Source of the DNA: Candidatus Woesearchaeota archaeon
GTDB lineage: Archaea > Nanobdellota > Nanobdellia > Woesearchaeales > WJKR01
Length of the DNA stretch: 42,149 nucleotides
Reading direction: 5' to 3'
Assembly: GCA_014729015.1 (NCBI GenBank)
Contig: WJKR01000009.1
Coordinates: 1 to 42,149 of the forward strand
Shown here: in pieces, positions 17,061 through 24,104 of the stretch
Layout of the letters: each line of letters starts with the position of its first letter
Numbering within the stretch: the first letter of the stretch is position 1
Position numbers and translations under genes: made by a program
Notes under the pieces: generated by a model
Told to the model about the DNA's origin: nothing
Database searches by the model: none
What the model saw: the letters and a program-made list of their open reading frames with translations, nothing else

Positions 17061-17709
17061 TGTTGCTGTTGTGGTAGACGCCTTTGTGCAGGGTGACCGG
17101 CCGCCAGTCGTCCTTGACCAGCGTTGCGTCAAGCCATTGCGCGAGCTCTTCGGGGTTGCCGATGGTGGCTGAGAGCGCGATGAGCTGTAGGTGCGGCAGG
17201 AGTTTTCTGAGGATGGCGATGACGACTTCTAGGGTTGGTCCACGGTTCGGGTCGTTGAGGAGGTGCACTTCGTCGAAGACGACGGTCTTCACCGTTTTGA
17301 GCCAGGGCGCGTGGTGGCGGAGCAGGGAGTCGAGTTTTTCGCTCGTAAGCACGATGAGGTCGTAGCGTTCGAGGTGTGTATCAGCGCTGTCGATGTCACC
17401 GCTGCTCATCCCGATATTGATGCCTGGGTAGGCCTTGGTGAACTGCTTGTGCTTCTCGTTCGCCAATGCTCTGAGCGGGACGACGTACAACGCCTTGCCG
17501 TGGTCGTGGATGATGCCGTTCAGCGCTGCGAGTTCCGCCACTAAGGTCTTTCCTGAGGCGGTCGGCGTGCAGACGAGGAGGTTCTCGTCGTCGAAGAGCC
17601 CTGCGTCGATGCTCTTGACTTGGCTTGGCCTTAGGGTGTTGAACCCTTTTTTTTCGAGCAATGCGAAGACTTTCGGCGGTATTTTTTGCTTGAGCTTACT
17701 CACTTGCAT
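17044..17709 (-). CDS. Hel308/Ski2-like helicase, RecA1 domain only (truncated or split gene)
   Basis: 221 aa. LRPSQV, CTPTASGKT, VVPLRALANEK, FDEVHLL and LSATIGNPEELAQWL...DWRPV align with the first ~220 aa of Hel308. The ORF stops at ITYEE. The downstream reverse-strand sequence is antisense to the DEAD-box gene and shows no RecA2 motifs. Confidence 0.75.
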   Translation of the reverse strand: MQVSKLKQKIPPKVFALLEKKGFNTLRPSQVKSIDAGLFDDENLLVCTPTASGKTLVAELAALNGIIHDHGKALYVVPLRALANEKHKQFTKAYPGINIGMSSGDIDSADTHLERYDLIVLTSEKLDSLLRHHAPWLKTVKTVVFDEVHLLNDPNRGPTLEVVIAILRKLLPHLQLIALSATIGNPEELAQWLDATLVKDDWRPVTLHKGVYHNSNITYEE

Positions 17710-17811
17710 GGTGATGAGTGGTTTGCCGCAGCTTATATATCTTGTTTCTCGTTTTCTTTCCGGAAGAGTTGCAACGATACTTTTTTATAATTGGATGTGC
17801 TTGGGGTGGTC

Positions 17812-18261
17812 ATGGTCGGGGAGACGCCGGGGATGAAGGACGCTGTTGACGATTTCAGGGCGAGCCGTGAGAACGCGAGCCAGGTGTTTTCCTCGAAGCT
17901 CGTGGTCGACGCCGCCGAGATTCGTCGGTTGGACGACCACGTCACGCATTTCTTGAAGCAGCTGCGCCAGGATGCTGCCAACCATGAGGTCGAGGTGTTG
18001 CGGAAGCACGCGAAGGAGTTCGAGGACGAGCTGCATGACGAGTTGGGCTTCTTGTTCAAGGCGACGAAGCAGGACCTGGAGTTGTACCAGAAGATTCTGC
18101 GGTCGTTGGCTGCGTACCGGAAGGAGTTGCGCTCCTTGCTCGGCGACCGCGAATTGGGGACTTTGGCCCATTCAGAGCTGAACTACGCCGACCTCTTGCT
18201 GAAGACGGCGCATGAGAAGCTGGACACGTTGATGCTCTTGTTCAAGAAGCTGCAGGTGTGA
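17812..18261 (+). CDS. hypothetical helical protein
   Basis: 149 aa from the ATG at 17812. TTTTTTATAA at 17781-17790 lies 21 nt upstream. The sequence is K/E/L-rich and helical. The competing reverse-strand ORFs are low-complexity. Confidence 0.5.
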   Translation: MVGETPGMKDAVDDFRASRENASQVFSSKLVVDAAEIRRLDDHVTHFLKQLRQDAANHEVEVLRKHAKEFEDELHDELGFLFKATKQDLELYQKILRSLAAYRKELRSLLGDRELGTLAHSELNYADLLLKTAHEKLDTLMLLFKKLQV

Positions 18262-18303
18262 ATCCCCGATAGTCTTATAAACACTTCTTGTTCCTGGTTG
18301 CGT

Positions 18304-20229
18304 ATGCGTTTCAGGGAGTTCGTGTTGGACCCGTTCCAGGAGGAGGCAGTCCGCGCGGTTGATCGTCACGAATCAGTGGTGGTGTCAGCAGCGACGGGTA
18401 CGGGCAAGACGCTCATCGCTGACTTCACCATTGACAAGTTCTTGCTGCGCGGCGGCCGTATCATCTATACCGCCCCTATCAAGGCGCTCTCCAACCAGAA
18501 GTTCAAGGACTTCAAGCGCGAGTACGGCGAGACGAACGTGGGTATCATGACCGGCGATGTGGTCATCAATCCTGATGCGGCGGTGCTGGTCATGACGACC
18601 GAGATCTACCGCAACATGCTCTTGGCCCGTGACCAGTTGGTCATGGATGTCTCGTACGTGGTGTTTGATGAGATACATTACATGAATGATCCTGAGCGAG
18701 GCACGGTGTGGGAGGAGAGTGTCATCTTCAGCCCTCCGCACATCCGCTTCTTGTGCTTGTCAGCCACGATTCCGAACGCCAAGGAGTTCGCTGGTTGGGT
18801 GCAGCACGTCAAGGAGCACAAGGTCTCCGTGGTACGGCATGACAAGCGAGCAGTGCCCTTGGAGCATTACGTGTACGATGTCGAGGCAGGCGTGACAACG
18901 GCAGAGAAGCTGCGCGGCCTGTTACGGATTCCTTCGTATGGTCGTGCCCGCGGCCGTCGTGGTCGCAAGTGGAGGCGGGACAAGCACGAGGCGCCCAAGC
19001 CCGAAGCGGTCATTCTCGAGATGCATGACAAGCTGCCGGCGATCGTGTTCTCCTTTTCCCGCAAGGGGTGCGAGGAGGAGGCGTGGCGCCTCGTGCAACG
19101 GCATGACTTCGTGAAAGGCGGTGATGAGCAGCGGAGGATTACCGAGGTGTACCGTCGTCATTTCACGCCCGAGGTGAACAAGATGCGCACCACGGCGAGG
19201 CTGCGGCAGTGCTTGTCCAAAGGCGTCGGCTTCCATCACGCGGGCTTGTTGCCGCAGCACAAGGAGGCGGTGGAGGAGTTGTTCGGCGCCGGGTTGTTGC
19301 AAGTGCTTTTTGCCACGGAGACCTTCAGCGTCGGTATCAACATGCCGGCGAAGACCGTCGTTTTCAATGGCTTGCGCAAGTTCGACGGCCAGAACTTCCG
19401 GATGGTCAATTCCAAGGAGTACTTCCAGCTTGCGGGGCGTGCCGGTCGTCGGGGGATTGATTCCATCGGTTATGTCGTGGCGATGGTCAATCGGCGGGAG
19501 AACAATGTCGATGAGCTGATCAAGGTGTCTGCTGCTGACACCGAGCCTATCAGGAGCCAGTTCTCGCTCTCGTTCAATACGGTGTTGAACCTGGTCGCGA
19601 TGTATGATGACCGGGAGATTGAGAAGGTATTGAAGAGCAATTTCGATTATTATCTCAAGCGTAAGCAGAGCAATCGCCAGGTGCGCGTCATGGCCTCGTT
19701 CAACAACAAGAGGCGCGTGTTGACGAAGATGCGGTACTTGACGAAGAATGGTGAGTTGACGGACAAGGGGTTGTTCGCGCGGTTCATCTACTTTGAGGAG
19801 TTGCTGGTGTCGGAGATATTCACGACGACGTTGTATGAGAAATTGACGGACACGGAGTTGTTGCAATTAATCGCCGCCATTATTTATGAGCAGCGCCAGA
19901 ATGACCATTTCTCGTTCAAGGGCATCCAGAAGCAGTACGAGCGTTTGTTGCGGAAGATTATCAGGACGAACCCGTTCGTGGAGAAGAAGCTGAACAAGTT
20001 GTCGTTGAAGCGGATGATGGCGCTCGTCGGCGCCTGGTCGGAAGGGACTGCTTTCAGTGACTTGTTGCCGTTGACGTCGCTGGCGGAAGGGGATATTATC
20101 AGGTTGTTCAGGCGTATCATCGACATGATCGGACAAATCCTTAGGGCGACGACCGATGACGAGTTGCGGGAACGATTGCACCAGTGCCAGGAGCGCATCG
20201 ATCGTGACCTGGTCACGGTGGAGTTCTAG
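18304..20229 (+). CDS. Mtr4/Ski2-type (HelY-like) RNA helicase without the arch insertion, with a DSHCT-like C-terminus
   Basis: 641 aa. AATGTGKT, IYTAPIKALSNQKF, GIMTGDVVINPDA..VMTTEIYRNML, FDEIHYMNDPERGTVWEE, LSATIPNAKEFAGW, FHHAGLLPQHKE, LFATETFSVGINMPAKTVVF and QLAGRAGRRGID. C-terminus WSEGTAFSDLL..LAEGDIIRLFRRIIDMIGQI. CTTATAAA at 18274-18281 lies 22 nt upstream of the ATG. Confidence 0.9.
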   Translation: MRFREFVLDPFQEEAVRAVDRHESVVVSAATGTGKTLIADFTIDKFLLRGGRIIYTAPIKALSNQKFKDFKREYGETNVGIMTGDVVINPDAAVLVMTTEIYRNMLLARDQLVMDVSYVVFDEIHYMNDPERGTVWEESVIFSPPHIRFLCLSATIPNAKEFAGWVQHVKEHKVSVVRHDKRAVPLEHYVYDVEAGVTTAEKLRGLLRIPSYGRARGRRGRKWRRDKHEAPKPEAVILEMHDKLPAIVFSFSRKGCEEEAWRLVQRHDFVKGGDEQRRITEVYRRHFTPEVNKMRTTARLRQCLSKGVGFHHAGLLPQHKEAVEELFGAGLLQVLFATETFSVGINMPAKTVVFNGLRKFDGQNFRMVNSKEYFQLAGRAGRRGIDSIGYVVAMVNRRENNVDELIKVSAADTEPIRSQFSLSFNTVLNLVAMYDDREIEKVLKSNFDYYLKRKQSNRQVRVMASFNNKRRVLTKMRYLTKNGELTDKGLFARFIYFEELLVSEIFTTTLYEKLTDTELLQLIAAIIYEQRQNDHFSFKGIQKQYERLLRKIIRTNPFVEKKLNKLSLKRMMALVGAWSEGTAFSDLLPLTSLAEGDIIRLFRRIIDMIGQILRATTDDELRERLHQCQERIDRDLVTVEF

Positions 20230-20618
20230 AACTGCAGATTTATCCTCACCAGTGAGTGGTTGATGAGAGCTGCGAGGACGCGTTGCTCTCCTTGGTTGAA
20301 GCTCTTGCTCAGCTCTTTCACCTTGATGAAGAACGCGTTTTCTTCCGGCTTGGTATTCACCCATATCTGCGTGGTCTGCTTGTCCTTGCCTTCGCCGAAG
20401 GAATGGTAGAAGCTCGCTTCTGCTTTTTTTTGTTCCAGCACCAAGAGTATCTCTCCGAGCTCGGCGTCGTTCATCTTGACCTTCTTCCACTGCCACTTGT
20501 CGCTGCTTTCGGTGCCGAAGTGGAACATGACCGTGCCGTCGTCGTACAACAAGTATTTGAAGCAGTTGCCTTTGCCGAAGAAGCTCCTCTTGATGAGCTG
20601 TTTTGGCGGTTGTTTCAT
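20226..20618 (-). CDS. hypothetical 130-aa protein (beta-rich halves each followed by a helix)
   Basis: The ATG at 20618 is the first start downstream of the shared TATA box (22-nt gap). MKQPPKQLIKRSFFGKGNCFKYLLYDDGTVMFHFG... The upstream part of track ORF 20226..21191 is antisense to the RNase D-like gene. Confidence 0.6.
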   Translation of the reverse strand: MKQPPKQLIKRSFFGKGNCFKYLLYDDGTVMFHFGTESSDKWQWKKVKMNDAELGEILLVLEQKKAEASFYHSFGEGKDKQTTQIWVNTKPEENAFFIKVKELSKSFNQGEQRVLAALINHSLVRINLQF

Positions 20619-20635
20619 GGATGATGGTAGGCGGA

Positions 20636-20653
20636 AAGGGTATTTATACCCTT
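20636..20653. promoter_or_regulatory. near-palindromic bidirectional TATA element
   Basis: AAGGGTATTTATACCCTT. The start codons of the divergent genes lie 22 nt (ATG 20618, minus strand) and 21 nt (GTG 20670, plus strand) from the TATTTATA core. Confidence 0.55.
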
Positions 20654-20669
20654 GGGCCGTGGCTGACCA

Positions 20670-21767
20670 GTGGGAAGCAAAACCTTTATGAAGGTGCGCC
20701 GGTCTATGATAGGCATGGTTTCCTTCACGCTCGTCGAGCGGGACGCGCAGCTGCGCGGCTTGGTGCAGCAGTGGCGTCGGGCTCGGGAATTGGCGATCGA
20801 CCTGGAGATGGAGGCGCACCTCCACCACTACGGCGTGCACCTCTCCTTGGTCCAGGTGTCTGACGGCAAGTGCGTGTGGGTGGTGGACATGCTGGCGATC
20901 ACTGACCCTTCTTCCTTGGTGGCGTTGTTCGAGGACGCACGCGTCGTGAAGGTCTTCCATGACGTCTCGTTCGATTTCCGCGTGTTGGAAGAATTGTTGG
21001 GGTGCAACCCGAAGAACATCTTTGACACCAAGGTGGCGGCGTTGCTGGCCGGCCGTGAGACGATCAGCCTCGGCGGCCTGCTGGAAGAGGAGTTCGGCGT
21101 GGTGAAGCAGGAGAAGTTCCAGCGCGTGGACTGGTTGGAGCGGCCGTTGTCGCGGGAGCGGTTGGCGTACGCCGCTGGTGACGTCGAGCACTTGTTGCGC
21201 TTGAAGGCAGTCTTGGTCAAGGAGTTGCGTTCTTTAGGCAGGCTGTCGTGGTGCGAGGAGGAATGCCGTTACTTGGAGCGCTCGTCGCACAAGGCGGAGG
21301 AGCGCACCTTTGATGATGTGAAGGGCGCGAAGGCGTTGTCTGAGCAGCGGCGCGGCGTGTTGCGGGAGTTGTACAAGGAGCGCGAGAAGCTGGCGAGGCG
21401 GTTGGACAAGCCCGTGTTTTTCGTGATCTCTGACAAGTTGTTGGTCGCTTTGGCGAAGCAGTCACCTCGTTCTGCGCGTCGATGGCAGTCGTTGAAGGGC
21501 GTGCATCCCGCTGTGCGCCGGGCTGCGAACAGGTTCGCCAGTGCGGTGTGTCGGGCGAAGCCGGCGCCGCGGATGGCGGTGAGGCGGCGGCGGTTGTCTC
21601 GCCGCCAGCGGTCCTCCTTGGACGCGTTGTTGGATCGCCGCGATGCCATCGCCCGTCGCCTCGGGTTGGAGCCGCACCTTGTCCTTTCCAAGGAGCAGGC
21701 GATCGCGGTGGTGACGAACGGCGGCGGTCCCCGTGCGTGGCAGCGCTCGTTGCTGTCCTTGACGTGA
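20670..21767 (+). CDS. RNase D / Rrp6-like DEDDy 3'-5' exoribonuclease with HRDC domain
   Basis: 365 aa. ExoI IDLEME, ExoII KVFHDVSFDFRVL, ExoIII AYAAGDVEHLLRL (the Y variant), then HRDC-like LRELYKEREKLARRLDKPVFFVISDKLLVALA and a basic tail. The start is uncertain: GTG 20670 fits the TATA spacing, and in-frame ATGs lie at 20688, 20706 and 20715. Confidence 0.85.
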   Translation: MGSKTFMKVRRSMIGMVSFTLVERDAQLRGLVQQWRRARELAIDLEMEAHLHHYGVHLSLVQVSDGKCVWVVDMLAITDPSSLVALFEDARVVKVFHDVSFDFRVLEELLGCNPKNIFDTKVAALLAGRETISLGGLLEEEFGVVKQEKFQRVDWLERPLSRERLAYAAGDVEHLLRLKAVLVKELRSLGRLSWCEEECRYLERSSHKAEERTFDDVKGAKALSEQRRGVLRELYKEREKLARRLDKPVFFVISDKLLVALAKQSPRSARRWQSLKGVHPAVRRAANRFASAVCRAKPAPRMAVRRRRLSRRQRSSLDALLDRRDAIARRLGLEPHLVLSKEQAIAVVTNGGGPRAWQRSLLSLT

Positions 21768-21806
21768 AGCGCAAAGGTTATATAGCTGCTTTTCTTTGTA
21801 GGGGGT

Positions 21807-21944
21807 ATGGCTGGGAAATCCACGCACGTCGGCAAGGAGACTGAGGTTGATAATGATGACGGCTTGTCGGCGACCGAGCGCGATCGCAAGGAGGATAGGG
21901 AGCGGTTGTATCGGTGGTTGCGCGAGTCCAAGCGTCGCGTCTAG
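21807..21944 (+). CDS. small hypothetical protein (45 aa)
   Basis: MAGKSTHVGKETEVDNDDGLSATERDRKEDRERLYRWLRESKRRV. TTATATA at 21778-21784 lies exactly 22 nt upstream of the ATG. Below the ORF-track size cut-off. Confidence 0.35.
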   Translation: MAGKSTHVGKETEVDNDDGLSATERDRKEDRERLYRWLRESKRRV

Positions 21945-22117
21945 GGCTTTGTTCTGAAATACAGGTACGCCCTTTGCGCTCCTAAGAGGACGACGCCGAC
22001 TATCATCGCTTCGATGATGTGTTGCGTGAAGAACAGGACTATGAGGATGACGATTATGATGATGGTGATTGTTTGTAACAGTTTTTGTTCTTTTGCTGGG
22101 AGTTTTGCTACTTTCAT
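21941..22117 (-). CDS. small two-TM membrane protein (58 aa)
   Basis: MKVAKLPAKEQKLLQTITIIIIVILIVLFFTQHIIEAMIVGVVLLGAQRAYLYFRTKP. TATA at 22142-22149 lies 24 nt upstream of the ATG. Below the ORF-track size cut-off. Confidence 0.45.
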   Translation of the reverse strand: MKVAKLPAKEQKLLQTITIIIIVILIVLFFTQHIIEAMIVGVVLLGAQRAYLYFRTKP

Positions 22118-22278
22118 TATTGTTTATGGGTTGGGGCCTTCTTAAATAATCTGTGTTTTATTGAGTTTTTTTTCTCATAGGTGTTATGGTGATTTTCAAG
22201 TATATAAATAGTTCTATTTTTCACCACTTTTCAGTGATAACCAAGTTATGTTCTCATAAATAATTTATAAACACTTCC

Positions 22279-22294
22279 AGAAAAAAAGCAAAAA
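22279..22294 (-). terminator. oligo-T terminator of the ferritin-like gene
   Basis: The reverse strand reads TTTTTGCTTTTTTT immediately after the TAA at 22295-22297. Confidence 0.45.
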
Positions 22295-22786
22295 TTACTT
22301 TATTCCCTTCATATCTTCCAACAAGTCTTGCAAGTCTTCCTCGTGCTCGACCTCGTCTTCCATGATCTTCCTGACCATGTTGAACGTGATGGGGTCATTG
22401 CCCAGTTTGACCTTTTCAAGGATATTATGGTAGGTCATGATAGCGCACTGCTCACCCTTGATGTTCTGCTTCAGGAGCGCTTTGACCGACGGGTTCTTCG
22501 GCAGCTCATACCCGCAAGTCGATTGCCTTTTCCACTCGCTCGGGTCGATGATGGGCTCCCCTCCCAATTGCACGATGCGATCCGCGAGCATGTTCGCGTG
22601 TTTTAGTTCGTCCTGCGAGTGCTCCTCGAGCTCTGCCTCGACGTTCGGCCGCATCGGGCCTTTCACGATCTTGGCGCCGACCCAGTACTGGTAGACGGCG
22701 AGCCATTCGTCCGCTAATGCTTTGTTCAAGAGCTTGATGAGTTCTTTGACATCCATGCCCACAATTTTTGTTCCTACTGTTCCCAT
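22295..22786 (-). CDS. ferritin-like di-iron protein (Dps-like / DPSL or bacterioferritin-related)
   Basis: 163 aa. Two ExxH motifs (EEHSQDELKHA and EDEVEHEEDL) in a four-helix pattern. GGTGG lies 7 nt upstream of the ATG. Confidence 0.8.
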   Translation of the reverse strand: MGTVGTKIVGMDVKELIKLLNKALADEWLAVYQYWVGAKIVKGPMRPNVEAELEEHSQDELKHANMLADRIVQLGGEPIIDPSEWKRQSTCGYELPKNPSVKALLKQNIKGEQCAIMTYHNILEKVKLGNDPITFNMVRKIMEDEVEHEEDLQDLLEDMKGIK

Positions 22787-22850
22787 GGTTTGACCACCTC
22801 TACCTAGGAAAACGCTTGGTTTTTATAAATGTATCTTCTGGTAGGAAGCG

Positions 22851-23057
22851 TCAATCATTATTTTTTTGCTGTTGTGATCGGTAGAGGTCAAGGTCTCGTA
22901 TCGCGTATTTCGTCTCTTCCTCGTATAACGGGAAGAAGCATCTGTCTGGCTGGAACCCCTCAATGCCTTCCTCGAGGCATTGCAGGACGAACTCCTTCTC
23001 ACGCGTTAGCATCTCCTCGGCAGCGGCGACTTTGTTGTTGAGGGAGAGGTCATGCAT
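22851..23057 (-). CDS. small hypothetical protein (68 aa)
   Basis: GC-rich third codon positions like neighbouring genes. It begins 52 nt downstream of the tRNA-Gln 3' end with no TATA box of its own, so it may be co-transcribed with the tRNA. Confidence 0.45.
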   Translation of the reverse strand: MHDLSLNNKVAAAEEMLTREKEFVLQCLEEGIEGFQPDRCFFPLYEEETKYAIRDLDLYRSQQQKNND

Positions 23058-23108
23058 GAGTTATGATAAGCGGTGAAGGTTTACGTATGTTGGTAGTAGA
23101 AGAAGGGA

Positions 23109-23225
23109 TAGCCCCGCCCGGATTCGAACCGAGGTCCCAAGGTCCAGGGCCTTGGATGATTGACCGCGACGCTTACGTCCGGTCATCCGAACGCAAGTGA
23201 GGTTTGGCCACTACACTACGGGGCT
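23109..23225 (-). tRNA. tRNA-Gln (anticodon CUG) interrupted by a ~44-nt intron in the D-arm
   Basis: The reverse strand reads AGCCCCG-TA-GTGT-AGTGGCCAA..[intron]..CAT-C-CAAGG-CCCTGGA-CCTTG-GGAC-CTCGG-TTCGAAT-CCGGG-CGGGGCT-A. A1:U72 acceptor pair, T-loop TTCGAAT, 117 nt versus ~73 expected. CCA is not encoded. TTTAAAAA box 26 nt upstream. Confidence 0.8.
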
Positions 23226-23251
23226 GTCGTTTGCTGGCAAGCGCGTGGTTG

Positions 23252-23259
23252 TTTTTAAA
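23252..23259 (-). promoter_or_regulatory. TATA box of tRNA-Gln
   Basis: The reverse strand reads TTTAAAAA, ending 26 nt upstream of tRNA position 1. Confidence 0.5.
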
Positions 23260-23331
23260 TCTTCTTCTCAACCATAAGAACAACATTTATATACTCTTGT
23301 TGTTAGCTCTTGCAGGAGAGGTGGTTATACT

Positions 23332-23628
23332 ATGGTGTTAGTGTTCGGTTTGGATGTTCCTTTGTTTGAGTTCATGCTCGTCTTCATGGTCTTGCTCACT
23401 GCGGGCATCATCTTCATCTTGATTGAGCTGAAGCGACTGAACGAGTATCTCATCATCGAGCGAGCCGATCTCAAACGGTTGGAACGAGACCTCGGCGTGT
23501 TGGAGCACGAGGAGCGCGTCTTGGATGAGGAGGAGGCGAGGCTGGGCTTCCCGCGCGCGGCTGCGAAGCGCAGGTCTGCAAGGAAGAAGCGCGCCAAGAA
23601 GAAAGCGACGAAGAAGCGTAAGGGGTGA
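23332..23628 (+). CDS. small membrane protein with a coiled-coil segment and a Lys/Arg-rich tail
   Basis: 98 aa. TM helix FMLVFMVLLTAGIIFILI, a charged helix, and the tail KRRSARKKRAKKKATKKRKG. TTTATATA ~40 nt upstream and GGAGAGGTGG as RBS. Confidence 0.55.
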   Translation: MVLVFGLDVPLFEFMLVFMVLLTAGIIFILIELKRLNEYLIIERADLKRLERDLGVLEHEERVLDEEEARLGFPRAAAKRRSARKKRAKKKATKKRKG

Positions 23629-23632
23629 GCGT

Positions 23633-24094
23633 TTGCGCTCCCTTGTTCTTATTTTTTGTGTGTTGTTATCGGTCGGATTAGTCGCTGGTTTCGCTGGCTT
23701 GCCGGATATCGGTGAGGATCCTGGCGAGCCCGGTTTCCCAGTGCCGGAGCCGCCGCCGGGTCTTTCTGGTGAAGATGGTGGTGAAGGCGGTGCTGGTGGC
23801 GGCGCTTTCGGCGGCGGCTCGAACGCTTCAGTCGTTGACGATCAAGGAGAGCCTGTTGATGATGACCGAAAAGGCATTGCCGGGTTGTTCGGTGGCCGTG
23901 ACGACGCTGACGAGGACGAGTCCCAAGAAGGAGTTGATGGGGGTGGCGTTGCGGATGATGTCGCTGTCGGCGTGGTGCCTGACGTGCCTGTGCTGACCTG
24001 GTTGGTCGGTGGGTTGTTGGCGGTTGTCGTCATCGTCGTTGTCGGGTTGTTGTTGTGGCGGCGGAAGAGGCAGGAGTTGCCGGACAAGATATAG
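23633..24094 (+). CDS. secreted acidic Gly-rich protein with a C-terminal TM anchor
   Basis: Proposed TTG start at 23633, with GGTGA 4 nt upstream and overlapping the previous stop. This gives M-RSLVLIFCVLLSVGLVAGFA (signal-like), a D/E/G-rich middle, and VLTWLVGGLLAVVVIVVVGLLLWRRKRQ at the end. Confidence 0.5.
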   Translation: MRSLVLIFCVLLSVGLVAGFAGLPDIGEDPGEPGFPVPEPPPGLSGEDGGEGGAGGGAFGGGSNASVVDDQGEPVDDDRKGIAGLFGGRDDADEDESQEGVDGGGVADDVAVGVVPDVPVLTWLVGGLLAVVVIVVVGLLLWRRKRQELPDKI

Positions 24095-24104
24095 GGTGAT
24101 GGTG

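Noticed and set aside
16314-17132. 272-aa minus-strand ORF
   Set aside because: Antisense to the DEAD-box helicase gene, with no motifs.
18922-19866. 314-aa minus-strand ORF
   Set aside because: Antisense to the Mtr4-like helicase gene. Leu/Arg/His-rich shadow frame.
20619-21191. Upstream 191 codons of track ORF 20226..21191
   Set aside because: This part is antisense to the RNase D-like gene and reads through the shared TATA element. The real gene most likely starts at the ATG at 20618.
22264-22278. Consensus promoter word TTTATAAACACTTCC pointing into the 3' end of the ferritin-like gene (possible antisense RNA promoter)
   Set aside because: There is no plus-strand ORF or recognisable RNA downstream. 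The same A/T-rich segment serves as the oligo-T terminator of the minus-strand gene. Kept only as a note; it would need transcript data.
23525-23632. ATG-initiated extension (MRRRRGWASRARL...) of the secreted Gly-rich protein
   Set aside because: It lies wholly inside the preceding gene in another frame and is Arg-rich nonsense. The TTG at 23633, preceded by GGTGA, gives a proper signal peptide.
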